Shown in pieces: positions 1-10,887 of a DNA stretch of 64,000 bases. The notes under the pieces are model-generated. The model did no database searches and was not told where the DNA came from. It was given only the letters and a program-made list of their open reading frames with translations. Made by a program: the position numbers and the translations under genes. The stretch is from Candidatus Moranbacteria bacterium UBA1362 (lineage in GTDB: Bacteria; Patescibacteriota; Minisyncoccia; Moranbacterales; GWC2-37-73): positions 10,690-74,689 of the forward strand of contig DBRS01000014.1 in NCBI GenBank assembly GCA_002306085.1, given 5' to 3'. Each line of letters begins with the position of its first letter. The first letter of the stretch is position 1.

Positions 1-423
1 CTTTTCATGTCTGAGAGCAATGAGAAGATCGAGATCGCTCGCCGGTTTTGAATTTTTCATGGCAACCGCGCCTGTAACTGCAACCATCCTTACAAAAGGC
101 ACGAATCTGAGCCACTTTGCGACAGAAATGAGTTTTCTAAATTTTCTCAGCGAATTTTTGTTGCCGGCAATGCGCTTTTTGACCAAATACTTTTTTCCTC
201 TCAGAAAATAAAATCCGTTAAAATTATTCACGTACTGATTGAGCGATTTTTCCTCAAGACTGATAACAACATCCCTTAGTTTGAAGTTTGAAGAATGATT
301 GGGCGTGTCATAATAATCGCTCCTTATCATATGTTTCCATATTTCAAAAGCTGTGAGCGGATAATCAAAACAGTCATAATATATGATTGTTGCCAGAATA
401 TTTTTGGAAAGTTCGTGATTCAT
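1..423 (-). CDS. Nucleotidyltransferase-like protein (N-terminal part; runs off the window)
   Basis: Manually translated, absent from the ORF track: MNHELSKNILATIIYYDCFDYPLTAFEIWKH...RMVAVTGAVAMKNSKPASDLDLLIA; G[AS]...SDxD motif of the pol-beta-like NTase fold. Confidence 0.65.
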   Translation of the reverse strand, partial: MNHELSKNILATIIYYDCFDYPLTAFEIWKHMIRSDYYDTPNHSSNFKLRDVVISLEEKSLNQYVNNFNGFYFLRGKKYLVKKRIAGNKNSLRKFRKLISVAKWLRFVPFVRMVAVTGAVAMKNSKPASDLDLLIALRHEK

Positions 424-447
424 TTTTATGGCTCAGATTTAAAATAC

Positions 448-1482
448 TCAAATCTCTCTTTCTTCTTCGGTATTTTTATAAAACAAATCCGAAATAAGCA
501 CTCCGGCTGATGTGGCAAGTGGTATTGCCAGAATTGCCCCTAGCGTCCCTCCGAGTTTCGCTCCTATAAGCAACGCTAGAATAACAACAACCGGATTCAG
601 CCCTACGACCTTTTTCATAAGCTGCGGCGCAATGACATGACTTTCAAGTTGCTGAATGACAGTGAGAATTCCTAATATGATAAGTCCCGTAACGGGTGAA
701 ATAAAAAAACCGACAATCGAAGCCAGCGCCACGGATATAATTGGTCCAAGATACGGTACTATCTCCAAAAGCCCGGCAAACAGTGCAAGAATGAGAGCAT
801 ATGGCACTCTGAAAATTGAAAGTGCGATAAAATCAAGAGCAAATATTATAAGCATAAGAAGGAGTTGTCCTCCCAGCCATCTGCCTATTTTCTTTTTTAT
901 CCTGTTGGCAACGATTACGACGTGATCCTTGTGAGCTTTGGGGGTAAGCGAGACAAGAAAACTATTCATGCCATCTTCTTTGACGGACATATAAAAAGTC
1001 AGCGCAAAAATGACAAGCAGCGATATGAAGAAGGAAAACACGCTGGCGGTTGTTGAAAATACTTGTCCTGAAGATTGGAAGAAATTACTGATGGCATTTT
1101 GCAAAAATTCTCCACTTTGAAACTGGATACCATAAGAATTGGCATATCTTTCTATTCCCGTGAATGTATCGGCAAGCGCTCCGCTGTAAACCGGAAGCTT
1201 TTCAGCAAAATCTTTGAACTGGCTCACTAAAGGCGGAATGAGAAAAGAAATAAGGAGCACCACGAAAAGAACAATGGCAACATATATAATGAAGACACCG
1301 AAAGGTCGTGGTATTTTTCTCTTCGCCATCCAATCGATTGCGGGATCAAGAGTTGCAGTAAGAATTACAGAAAGAAGAAACAGAGCCACGATATCTCTCA
1401 CTAAATACAAAAACCACAGCCCCAACAGAACAAGTATCACACGTATGGCAACGTTTGTTGCTATGCTTATTTGCTTGTCCAT
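448..1482 (-). CDS. AI-2E (PerM) family transporter
   Basis: 344 aa polytopic; LEIVPYLGP, QQLESHVIAP and GAILAIP motifs. Confidence 0.9.
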   Translation of the reverse strand: MDKQISIATNVAIRVILVLLGLWFLYLVRDIVALFLLSVILTATLDPAIDWMAKRKIPRPFGVFIIYVAIVLFVVLLISFLIPPLVSQFKDFAEKLPVYSGALADTFTGIERYANSYGIQFQSGEFLQNAISNFFQSSGQVFSTTASVFSFFISLLVIFALTFYMSVKEDGMNSFLVSLTPKAHKDHVVIVANRIKKKIGRWLGGQLLLMLIIFALDFIALSIFRVPYALILALFAGLLEIVPYLGPIISVALASIVGFFISPVTGLIILGILTVIQQLESHVIAPQLMKKVVGLNPVVVILALLIGAKLGGTLGAILAIPLATSAGVLISDLFYKNTEEEREI

Positions 1483-1629
1483 CTAAATAAAATTACGAAT
1501 TACAATTATCAAACAAACTTTTTAATTAAATTTTACCGTTCTTTCTTTCTCCTTTTCTGAAAGGATAAAACGTGTTTTTTCTACTTGCCAACTTTACAAT
1601 TCGGGTTGCAAACTCAAGTCTATGTAAAA

Positions 1630-2904
1630 TCAAAGTCCGGATTTTAATATTTCATAAAGTTTTTTGTCATATCTGTGTGGGCCTATGACCGCGCAATTCA
1701 GTTTCTCCTTTTTGAAAATATCTTTTGCGACCCTCAAAATATCTTGCGAAGTCACAGCATCTATTTTATTCAAAGAATCTTGGATATTGTGAAGCTTCTC
1801 TCCGTTAAATTCCTGTTCTACAAAAAACATGGCAACTTCGTCGGAAGCTTCAAGATTCATCACGGCTCTTCCCTTCATGAAATCTTTGGCTTTTTGCAAT
1901 TCTTTTTCGCTCACTTTTTCACTTGCGATTTTTTTGTATTCGCCAAGAATCACTTTCAAAACATCCTCAAGTTTCCCATGATCAATTCCCGCGTATGTCG
2001 CAAAATATCCACAATCTTGATATGCATCGGCTCCGGCCTTGACGTGATATGCCAATCCTCTCCGCTCGCGCACTTCAGTGAACAAACGGCTACTCATATT
2101 TCCTCCAAGAATCACGCCGAGTGTCGCCAAGACGTAACGATCCTTATGATTGTGATGATAAGCGCGATTGCCAATGACCACATGCGTCTGATCCGTCTTT
2201 TTGAATTTGATCTTTATTGCAGGCTTGCTCTGCTTTTCAACAATTTTTTCAAACTGCAATCCTTTGCCTTTTTGCAGACTTCCAAAATATTTCTCCGTTT
2301 CCGAAATTATTTTTTTCTTGTCGAATTTTCCCGCAACACACACAATGGTTCTGTCCGCCGTGTAATGCTTTTTCATATAATCAACAAAATTCTTTCTTTG
2401 AAGACTCGCCACAGTTTTTTTGGATCCCACTATGTCTCTTCCAAGCGTATTCCCATCGTATATGAAATTTTCAAAAACATCCCAGATATTCCTTTGCGGA
2501 GTATCTTCATACATATTTATTTCCTGAATGATGGTTCCTCTTTCCTTTTCTATTTCTTTCGCCTCAAGCTTTGAATTCAGAACCATGTCAGAAATTATGT
2601 CAAAAGCGTCGTGAATGTGCCTTGAATCAACTTTCACATGATATTCGGTTCTGTCTTTTGCCGTAAAAGCGTTGTATTCTCCGCCAAAAGCATCCAGCTC
2701 TTCCGTAATTGAAAGCGACGTCGGCCTTTTTTTGGTGCCCTTGAAAAGCATGTGTTCGATGAAATGCGAAACCCCAGCTTCATCTCCTTTCTCATAGCGC
2801 GATCCCACACCGACCATCACGACCAAAGTCGCGGTCTCCGTCCCCTGCATGGGCACAGTAATCAGCCTCACCCCGTTTTTTAATGTCATTTTCTCAAATT
2901 TCAT
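1630..2904 (-). CDS. M16 (pitrilysin family) zinc peptidase
   Basis: HFIEHMLFKGT inverted zinc motif; SRLFTEVRERRGLAY. Confidence 0.93.
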   Translation of the reverse strand: MKFEKMTLKNGVRLITVPMQGTETATLVVMVGVGSRYEKGDEAGVSHFIEHMLFKGTKKRPTSLSITEELDAFGGEYNAFTAKDRTEYHVKVDSRHIHDAFDIISDMVLNSKLEAKEIEKERGTIIQEINMYEDTPQRNIWDVFENFIYDGNTLGRDIVGSKKTVASLQRKNFVDYMKKHYTADRTIVCVAGKFDKKKIISETEKYFGSLQKGKGLQFEKIVEKQSKPAIKIKFKKTDQTHVVIGNRAYHHNHKDRYVLATLGVILGGNMSSRLFTEVRERRGLAYHVKAGADAYQDCGYFATYAGIDHGKLEDVLKVILGEYKKIASEKVSEKELQKAKDFMKGRAVMNLEASDEVAMFFVEQEFNGEKLHNIQDSLNKIDAVTSQDILRVAKDIFKKEKLNCAVIGPHRYDKKLYEILKSGL

Positions 2905-2911
2905 ATCATTT

Positions 2912-3862
2912 TTATTTATTTTTTACTCTGCTTATTCTTATAAGTCCGGAGCAAGGCACTATTTCCACCCCTCTTTTTTCCAGTTCGTCCAAAAACAAGT
3001 TCATCCCCAAAGAATCCGATGAAATGTGCCCCGCGATTACCACATTCAGATGGGCTTTTTCCGCCTCTTTCCTGCCTTCCTCTCCCATATGCATACCTAT
3101 TATCGTACCTACTCCGGCCTGAGATAATTTTTCAAAAAGTTTCGGGCTTCCCGAGGTTCCTCCGGTTATCTCGGTAAGCGCAATCTTTCCGGCCCTGTTG
3201 TCCTCCGCTCCGGAAAATATCATGGGGCCAAATCCTTTTTTTGCGGCTTCTCTGTATTCTGGTATTTCCAAAAGCAGCTTAATAATATCTCCCACATATT
3301 CAGGTTTGTTTTTCTCCACCTTGTTTTTGATGAACTTAGCAACCATATTGTCCGCAGGAGTGTGCACGTTGATCAAATCTACATTCATCAATTTTGCGGC
3401 ATCCACTGTTTTGTAATGATTCTCAGCATTTATTCCCCGGCTCACTTCGCTGATTCTGACTTTCATAAGGCTTTCCGCAACATTTATAGGCACCCCATGC
3501 TGCTCCAGCACATCGGCCTGCATGTGCATCACATCATCAAGACCAGAAAGACCCATTCCGATTGGATGATGTGCGATAACAGTTTCTATATCCAATTCCT
3601 CCGCCAGCATGATTTCGGCGGTATCGATATCGATCCCGGCCATCAATTTTTTGACGCTTCTCCTTTCGCTATCGAAATGAATTCTTGTGTCAGAATACGG
3701 ATTGACAAAGCGCTCGACGTCGAAAGATTCTTTTCGGTCTTTCGGCAATTTTTCGTATCTCTCTTTTTGTCTTTTCAGATAGTCAGTAATTCTTTTTTTG
3801 CTGCGAAAATCATTTTTGATTCCGAGATTTATTGCAAGTCTGTATATTTCTTTGATATTCAT
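2912..3862 (-). CDS. NIF3/YbgI-like dinuclear metal protein
   Basis: IAHHP, HTPADN and GHISSDSLG motifs. Confidence 0.8.
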   Translation of the reverse strand: MNIKEIYRLAINLGIKNDFRSKKRITDYLKRQKERYEKLPKDRKESFDVERFVNPYSDTRIHFDSERRSVKKLMAGIDIDTAEIMLAEELDIETVIAHHPIGMGLSGLDDVMHMQADVLEQHGVPINVAESLMKVRISEVSRGINAENHYKTVDAAKLMNVDLINVHTPADNMVAKFIKNKVEKNKPEYVGDIIKLLLEIPEYREAAKKGFGPMIFSGAEDNRAGKIALTEITGGTSGSPKLFEKLSQAGVGTIIGMHMGEEGRKEAEKAHLNVVIAGHISSDSLGMNLFLDELEKRGVEIVPCSGLIRISRVKNK

Positions 3863-3879
3863 TGCGTCTTATAAATTAA

Positions 3880-5187
3880 TTATTGTTGAATTTTTCTGAT
3901 AAGCGAAAGCGGTTCAATTCCTTTTCTATCTATCACAATATAGTAAAAACTATCGTGTCCGCCATGAGCGGATTCAACTTCTTTTCTGTCTTCATTATAT
4001 ATCCCCACGATTTTTATTGGAATATTCCTATTTTTTGCTATCACTTCCAGTTTGTCATCTTTTCTGAGCGCATTGTGAACTTTCACTTTCAATTCTTTTC
4101 CGTCCAATTCGACAACTTCTCCCACAAATTGATATTCATCATTCGACTGCTGCCCTGATAAATTTTGACCGGCTTCATTTCCAAATAAAAATCCTTTCGT
4201 ATACCCTCGATTCGCAAGTTTGTTCAGCTCTTCTCGCCCCCGATTCACGGCATTCTTTACCTCCGCAGAGTTTTTTTTCGATTCGATCACATCAATAACT
4301 TTCCTGTAGGCACGCGTCACGCAAGCGACATAATATGAGCTTTTGCTGCGTCCTTCTATTTTGAAGGATGTAACTCCCGCGTTTTTGAGCTCCTCAAGAT
4401 GTTCGATTAAATTCAAATCTTTACTGTTAAAAAAATATGTTCCGTGTGAATCTTCCTCGAGCTCGACAATTTCTCCGCTTTTCTTTTCAATCACCTTCGC
4501 GTATGCCCATCGGCATGGCTGGGTACAATCCCCTTCATTTGCACTCTTTCCACTCATCCATTTGCTCAAAATGCAGCGTCCGGAATAACTCATGCACATC
4601 GCCCCATGCACAAAATACTCAAGTTCCAGTTTTGGCACTTTTTTGCGGATAATTTTAATGTCTTCAAGTGTCACTTCTCTTGCAAGGATAATTCTTTTCA
4701 CTCCAACTTTATGCCAAAACTTGGCAGCCATCCAGTTTGTCGTGTTAGCCTGCGTGCTGAGATGAATGTCAATTCCTAGTAGGATTTTTTTCACAAGTCC
4801 TATTATACCGGGATCGCTCACGATGACAGCATCCGCTTTTAGTTTTTTTATAAACCTAAGATGTTTTTCGATTTGCGGAAGATGGTAGTTATGAGCATAA
4901 ATATTCACCGCTACATAAAATTTTTTTCCATGCGCATGAATATATTTGGAAGCCTCAAGCAGCGATTCCTCCGAAAAAGAATTTACGCGTGCACGCATCG
5001 AAACACTAGGGATTCCGGCATAAACGGCGTCCGCACCATATTCAATGGCATATTTGAGCTTTTCGATGCTTCCCGCAGGCGCAAGCAATTCTATTTTTTT
5101 ACCAAACTGATTTTTCGATCTGTTGGTCGAGTTTTTGGCAAAATCACGCGCAAGAAGCTCCTTTTTTGGGTTTTTTTCAGCATTCAT
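3880..5187 (-). CDS. U32 family peptidase (TrhP/YegQ-like tRNA hydroxylation protein)
   Basis: ELLAPAG, HLSTQAN, EYFVHGAMCMSYSGRC, CTQPCR, FKIEGR. Confidence 0.9.
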   Translation of the reverse strand: MNAEKNPKKELLARDFAKNSTNRSKNQFGKKIELLAPAGSIEKLKYAIEYGADAVYAGIPSVSMRARVNSFSEESLLEASKYIHAHGKKFYVAVNIYAHNYHLPQIEKHLRFIKKLKADAVIVSDPGIIGLVKKILLGIDIHLSTQANTTNWMAAKFWHKVGVKRIILAREVTLEDIKIIRKKVPKLELEYFVHGAMCMSYSGRCILSKWMSGKSANEGDCTQPCRWAYAKVIEKKSGEIVELEEDSHGTYFFNSKDLNLIEHLEELKNAGVTSFKIEGRSKSSYYVACVTRAYRKVIDVIESKKNSAEVKNAVNRGREELNKLANRGYTKGFLFGNEAGQNLSGQQSNDEYQFVGEVVELDGKELKVKVHNALRKDDKLEVIAKNRNIPIKIVGIYNEDRKEVESAHGGHDSFYYIVIDRKGIEPLSLIRKIQQ

Positions 5188-5227
5188 AGGTTTATACTAC
5201 AATTTAACTCTCTTTTGTGTTTAAGTC

Positions 5228-5255
5228 AAAAAAGCGCCCTGAAAAGCGCTTTTTT
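5228..5255 (-). terminator. Intrinsic terminator after the response regulator
   Basis: AAAAAAGCGC-cctgaaaa-GCGCTTTTTT hairpin with A/T tracts. Confidence 0.6.
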
Positions 5256-5277
5256 ATCCAGAGAGATTGAGCATTTG

Positions 5278-5694
5278 TTAAACAATTTTTTTTCCGGTTC
5301 CCGATTCTTTTTCAGAAAAAAATTGTTTGATTTTTGCCACAAGCTCGGCTGGAGTATGTTGAGACTTCACAAAATATCCGTTGGCGCCCAACGCAAATGC
5401 TTGCTGCTTGTCTTCCTCATTGTTAAGATTGGTGAAAACAATGATAGGAATGTTCTTGAGACTTTCATTCTTTTTTATCTTTTCAAGCGTTTCCAATCCA
5501 TCGAGTGCCGGCATAACGATATCCAAAAGAACCATATCTATTTCCTTCCCTCTTCTTTCTAGCCATTCTATTGCCTCATTTCCATTTATCGCCTGTAAAA
5601 CCTCAAATCCCTGACCTGAGAGAGCCTGCGTATACATTTCGCGAAGATCTTCCTCGTCCTCCGCGATTAAAACTGTTCTTTTTTTGTTTTCCAT
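5278..5694 (-). CDS. Single-domain response regulator (CheY-like receiver)
   Basis: VLIAEDE, LLDIVMP and GANGYFVK receiver motifs. Confidence 0.92.
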   Translation of the reverse strand: MENKKRTVLIAEDEEDLREMYTQALSGQGFEVLQAINGNEAIEWLERRGKEIDMVLLDIVMPALDGLETLEKIKKNESLKNIPIIVFTNLNNEEDKQQAFALGANGYFVKSQHTPAELVAKIKQFFSEKESGTGKKIV

Positions 5695-5767
5695 ATTATT
5701 TTGAGCAAATAATCTGATTAATATGAAATAATTATAGCATAATATTTAAATTTGTTCCATTAAATGC

Positions 5768-5795
5768 TTGATTTAGTTTGCTTTGCTGATAGACT
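5768..5795 (+). promoter_or_regulatory. sigma70-type promoter of smpB, probably leaderless
   Basis: TTGATT-N16-TAGACT with an extended -10 TG; ATG lies 6 nt after the -10 box. Confidence 0.5.
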
Positions 5796-5801
5796 AAAGA
5801 T

Positions 5802-6248
5802 ATGAATGTGCTGGCTACCAACAAAAGGGCGAGTTTTGATTATGAGCTTCTTGATCGTTATGAGGCTGGTTTAATGCTGACAGGAGCAGAAGTAAAATCG
5901 GCTAAAATGGGGCACATGAGCCTCAAGGGAAGCTTTGTTACAATGCATGGCGGAGAGTTGTACTTAACAAATGCCAGTATTTCTCCCTATAAATTCGCCG
6001 GAAGCTCCGAAAAATACGATCCAACCAGATCACGAAAACTGCTTGTTCACAAGTCCGAGATAAATTCTTTGGCGGGAAAAATGCACATAAAAGGCTTGAC
6101 ATTGGTGCCAGTTCGTGTGTATACTAAAAGACGACTTATCAAATTGGAATTCGCCATAGGACGTGGTAAAAAGGCTTTTGACAAGCGCCAAGATATTGCA
6201 AAAAAGGAAGCAAAACGCTACATAGACCGAAAACTCAGGAATGCCTGA
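5802..6248 (+). CDS. smpB: SsrA-binding protein
   Basis: NKRASFDYELLDRYEAGLMLTGAEVKS, RSRKLL, GRGKKAFDKR; directly upstream of tmRNA. Confidence 0.97.
   Translation: MNVLATNKRASFDYELLDRYEAGLMLTGAEVKSAKMGHMSLKGSFVTMHGGELYLTNASISPYKFAGSSEKYDPTRSRKLLVHKSEINSLAGKMHIKGLTLVPVRVYTKRRLIKLEFAIGRGKKAFDKRQDIAKKEAKRYIDRKLRNA
6096..6125 (+). promoter_or_regulatory. Putative tmRNA promoter inside smpB
   Basis: TTGACA-N18-TATACT about 200 nt upstream of the tmRNA 5' end. Confidence 0.5.
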
Positions 6249-6321
6249 AATTTAAGTTTTGGAATTCAAAATTTGAAATTAAAAATTCCAGCTAAAAATT
6301 CAAAATTTTGAATTTTTAGCT

Positions 6322-6727
6322 GGGGTTGTTTAGTTTCGACAGGTTGTACTTTTCAAAATATGCAAGCCGACCATTGCCGTAATGTCGCCAAACTTTCGGC
6401 AAAGATATAAGTGCAAACTTCATATCAAAAGCAAAAGCGGTTTTCGCAAGAGGATTTGCTTTTGCTCCAGCTTTAGCTTAATTTAACAGCTTTAGCCATC
6501 GGACTGCCGATTTCTCATAAGCAATCTCCGGTGTCAATCATGAGGATAGTTTGATGCGGTTTTCCGGCTGCATCAAGTGAAATTCTTCCGGAAACTGCGC
6601 ATGTCGGGTTTTGTTTATTTCATACCGCATGCGCCGATCTCCGATTTTTTCGGAGGGAAATAAAACAAGCTTGTAGAATATTTTGGATTGTCAATTTTGG
6701 ACATGGGTGCGATTCCCATCAACTCCA
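6322..6727 (+). ncRNA. ssrA: tmRNA; tag peptide ANFISKAKAVFARGFAFAPALA (6413-6481)
   Basis: 5' GGGGTTG..TTCGAC pairs with 3' CAACTCC-A (G3.U); T-arm ATGGGTGCGATTCCCAT; resume GCA after ATAAGT; tag ends in ALA. Confidence 0.93.
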
Positions 6728-6799
6728 CTGAAAAAATTTTAAATACTAAAGCAACCTGACTACATTCCTTAGGAAAACTAGTCATGGTTCACTAAAGCC

Positions 6800-7348
6800 A
6801 TAAGAAAGAGATTTCGTTTCAAACCAAAACAACCAACCGGTCCGGCGCCACTAAGAACAAATGAAGCGATCCGGACTCCCTATGTGCTTGTCATTGATGA
6901 ACAAGGAAAACAACTTGGAAAGATGCCGATACAGGAAGCGCTTGCTACCGCGCGGGAACACATGCTTGATCTGGTAGAAGTTTCCCCAAAAGCAATTCCT
7001 CCCGTATGCCGCATCATGGGCTATGGAAAGTATCTCTATCAGCAATCCAAGCAGATGAGGCTGGCAAAAGCCAAGCAAAAAAAGATTGAAATGAAAGGAA
7101 TAAGACTGGGGCTCAGAACCGACACGCACGATCTCGATTTCAAAAGATCGCAGGCTGAAAAATTTCTGAAACAAGGAGATAAGGTCAAAATAGACATAAT
7201 GCTGAGAGGAAGAGAAAAAGCACACCAGGATCTGGCAAGAACAAATTTGCAGAATTTTATTTCATCGATATCCGTTCCATACAAAATAGAAGAGCCTATA
7301 AAAAGATTTCCTGGAGGATTTAATGTGATAATCGTACCAATTTCCTAG
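6800..7348 (+). CDS. infC: Translation initiation factor IF-3 (ATA start inferred)
   Basis: Frame extends upstream of the track's GTG (6884) through the conserved NEAIR to ATA at 6800; in-frame TAG at 6779; LDLVEVSP and RGRE motifs. Confidence 0.93.
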   Translation: MRKRFRFKPKQPTGPAPLRTNEAIRTPYVLVIDEQGKQLGKMPIQEALATAREHMLDLVEVSPKAIPPVCRIMGYGKYLYQQSKQMRLAKAKQKKIEMKGIRLGLRTDTHDLDFKRSQAEKFLKQGDKVKIDIMLRGREKAHQDLARTNLQNFISSISVPYKIEEPIKRFPGGFNVIIVPIS

Positions 7349-7457
7349 GAATAATAATTTTTAATTTTAAATTTGAATCAATTTCTAATTTTTAATGATT
7401 AAATTTTGAAACATTTAAAATTCAATCAAAATTTGAAATTCATAATTCAACAAAAAG

Positions 7458-7664
7458 ATGCCTAAGATGAAAACACCGAAGTCCGTTGCAAAAAAAGTAA
7501 AGATAACGAAAAACAAGAAAGCTATAAGAAGAGGCACCGGACAAAATCATTATAATTCCAAAGAAAGCGGAAAAGTAGGCAGAGAGAAGAAGAAAGACCA
7601 GAGACTTTTCAGAGCCGACGAAAAGAACGTTATTGATGCGCTACCGTATGTGATCGGAAAATAA
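7458..7664 (+). CDS. rpmI: 50S ribosomal protein L35
   Basis: MPKMKT start; lies between infC and rplT. Confidence 0.9.
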   Translation: MPKMKTPKSVAKKVKITKNKKAIRRGTGQNHYNSKESGKVGREKKKDQRLFRADEKNVIDALPYVIGK

Positions 7665-7762
7665 GCACATAAATCACTAATCTACACGAATCGCGTCCCG
7701 AATTTTCCCGAATGCATTAGATTATTCGCGAATAAATCAGAGTCGATTCGAAAACTATCAAT

Positions 7763-8107
7763 ATGACACGAGTAAAACGAGGCGTAGTCGCTTCAAAAAG
7801 AAGAAAAAACACCCTGAAAATGGCAAAGGGATATCGCTGGCACCGCAGCAAAAATTATAAAGCAGCCAAGGAAGCAATCCTCAAGGCTGGAAAATACGCC
7901 CACAGGGACAGAAGAGCCAAGAAACGCACAAACCGCTCTCTTTGGATTTTGCGGCTGAATAATGCACTGCGCACGCTTGATCTCACCTATAGTAAGTTTG
8001 TAGCCTTGCTCAGAACAAAGAGCATTGAAATCGACCGCAAGGTACTTTCGCAAATGGCCGTGGAAAATCCGGCAGTATTTCAGAAATTAGTCGAGAAAGT
8101 AAAATAA
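7763..8107 (+). CDS. rplT: 50S ribosomal protein L20
   Basis: MTRVKRG, AKGY, RDRRAKKR, LWILRLN, IDRKVL. Confidence 0.97.
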   Translation: MTRVKRGVVASKRRKNTLKMAKGYRWHRSKNYKAAKEAILKAGKYAHRDRRAKKRTNRSLWILRLNNALRTLDLTYSKFVALLRTKSIEIDRKVLSQMAVENPAVFQKLVEKVK

Positions 8108-8123
8108 ATCCGCTTCCGATCCG

Positions 8124-8157
8124 AATTTTAAAACCCGTTTTGACGGGTTTTAAAATT
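8124..8157. terminator. Bidirectional terminator after rplT
   Basis: AATTTTAAAACCCGT-tttg-ACGGGTTTTAAAATT inverted repeat between convergent genes. Confidence 0.7.
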
Positions 8158-8280
8158 TGCGAAGAATCTTATGCTGCAAATTTATGCGATCACATGATTT
8201 TGCAGCTCATGCAAAATAACTAAAACCGGAATGAAATTTCCGGTCTTATAACAACAAGAATTTATAATAATATTAAACAT

Positions 8281-8721
8281 TCACAACACAATAAACTCAA
8301 TATTTTCATTTCCGTCGACTAATCTCGCATAAACCAAAACAACTTCTCTGTCCGGATATTTCGCCAAAATCTTTTCTTTCGCTTTTTTCAATTCTTTTTC
8401 GTGAAATCTTTGTTCTGCATCACCATCTTCTTTAAATTGCCTGCTGCCTCCATATGCTCCGCAATCCTGATGGTTCACAATAACTATTTTTTTGGCATGA
8501 TGTAAATTCACCGGAACGTCAATACAGGACATTGCCAGGTCATTCCCATCGCTTTCATTAATCGCCTTCGCGCTTCCCGGCAGTGACGGAAAATCAAATG
8601 AATTCAAACTTAATTCCTTTTGAACAAATTCAAACGTTTCTCGCCAAAAACGAAAATCGATGCAACAAAGAACGACAGCTTCGCATGAATGTATATCTTT
8701 AAATTTAAAGGGAATTTTCAT
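8281..8721 (-). CDS. Beta-carbonic-anhydrase-like protein
   Basis: CIDFR and HQDCGAYG zinc-ligand motifs; last gene downstream of atpC. Confidence 0.75.
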   Translation of the reverse strand: MKIPFKFKDIHSCEAVVLCCIDFRFWRETFEFVQKELSLNSFDFPSLPGSAKAINESDGNDLAMSCIDVPVNLHHAKKIVIVNHQDCGAYGGSRQFKEDGDAEQRFHEKELKKAKEKILAKYPDREVVLVYARLVDGNENIEFIVL

Positions 8722-8762
8722 ATGTAAATTCGTAATGAATTATGAATTCGTAGTTTGCGAGA

Positions 8763-9203
8763 TTAATCTATCTTTATCCCATGTTTTGCGCGGCGTTTTC
8801 TAGCCACTCTGATTCTTGCAGCATGCTTCTCTATGGCTGCAGCAACTTTCGCATATTCCATCTCATCCATTGTAACCTTCTGCTTCTTGAGCTCTTCAGC
8901 CCGCTTCCTTGCTTCTTCCGCACGTTGCATGTCGATTTCTTCCGCATGTTCCGCAGTATCCGCAAGCACAACAAGCGCATTATCGTTGAATTCAATGAAT
9001 CCTCCCGAAGTCACAAGCGAAATTTCTTCTCCCCCGTCTTTAAGGACTATTTCCCCGGCCTTAAGCGCCGCAATATAACTGCGATGGTTCGGTAAAATCG
9101 TAACTTCCCCGTCGGAAACAGGAAGCGTCGCCTGGTCTATTTCCTGTTCAAACACGCTTCGCTCAGGAGTAACTATCTTAAATTTTATTTTCTGAGTAGA
9201 CAT
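8763..9203 (-). CDS. atpC: ATP synthase epsilon subunit
   Basis: IVTPE, GEVTILPNH, SGGFIE, VLADTAE. Confidence 0.96.
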   Translation of the reverse strand: MSTQKIKFKIVTPERSVFEQEIDQATLPVSDGEVTILPNHRSYIAALKAGEIVLKDGGEEISLVTSGGFIEFNDNALVVLADTAEHAEEIDMQRAEEARKRAEELKKQKVTMDEMEYAKVAAAIEKHAARIRVARKRRAKHGIKID

Positions 9204-9333
9204 AAAAGATAACTTTATAATGACAAAATTCCAATGACTAGTGACAATTCAAGCTCAAAATCCAAAGTTCAAATTTGACATTTAATCATTTGGATTTGAT
9301 TTGCCATTGGAAATTCGTCATTTATCATTAAAC

Positions 9334-10716
<1,383 letters not shown>

Positions 10717-10887
10717 TCATTGAATTATTAGTTATTTTAAATTATCGGCTTATAATTTTTAATTCTTTAATGACTAATTTTAAATATTGTTTCATTTGAT
10801 AATCTTCAGTTGGATGCTAACTCATTTTTAGCAAAGATTCAAAAAATTATTATTATATCAATGTTTGAACTATATTTTAGTCGGAAT

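Noticed and set aside
1675-2574. Long antisense ORFs (also 15449-16186, 11650-12327, 42761-43507 and others)
   Set aside because: Shadows of well-supported genes on the opposite strand, with no recognisable motifs.
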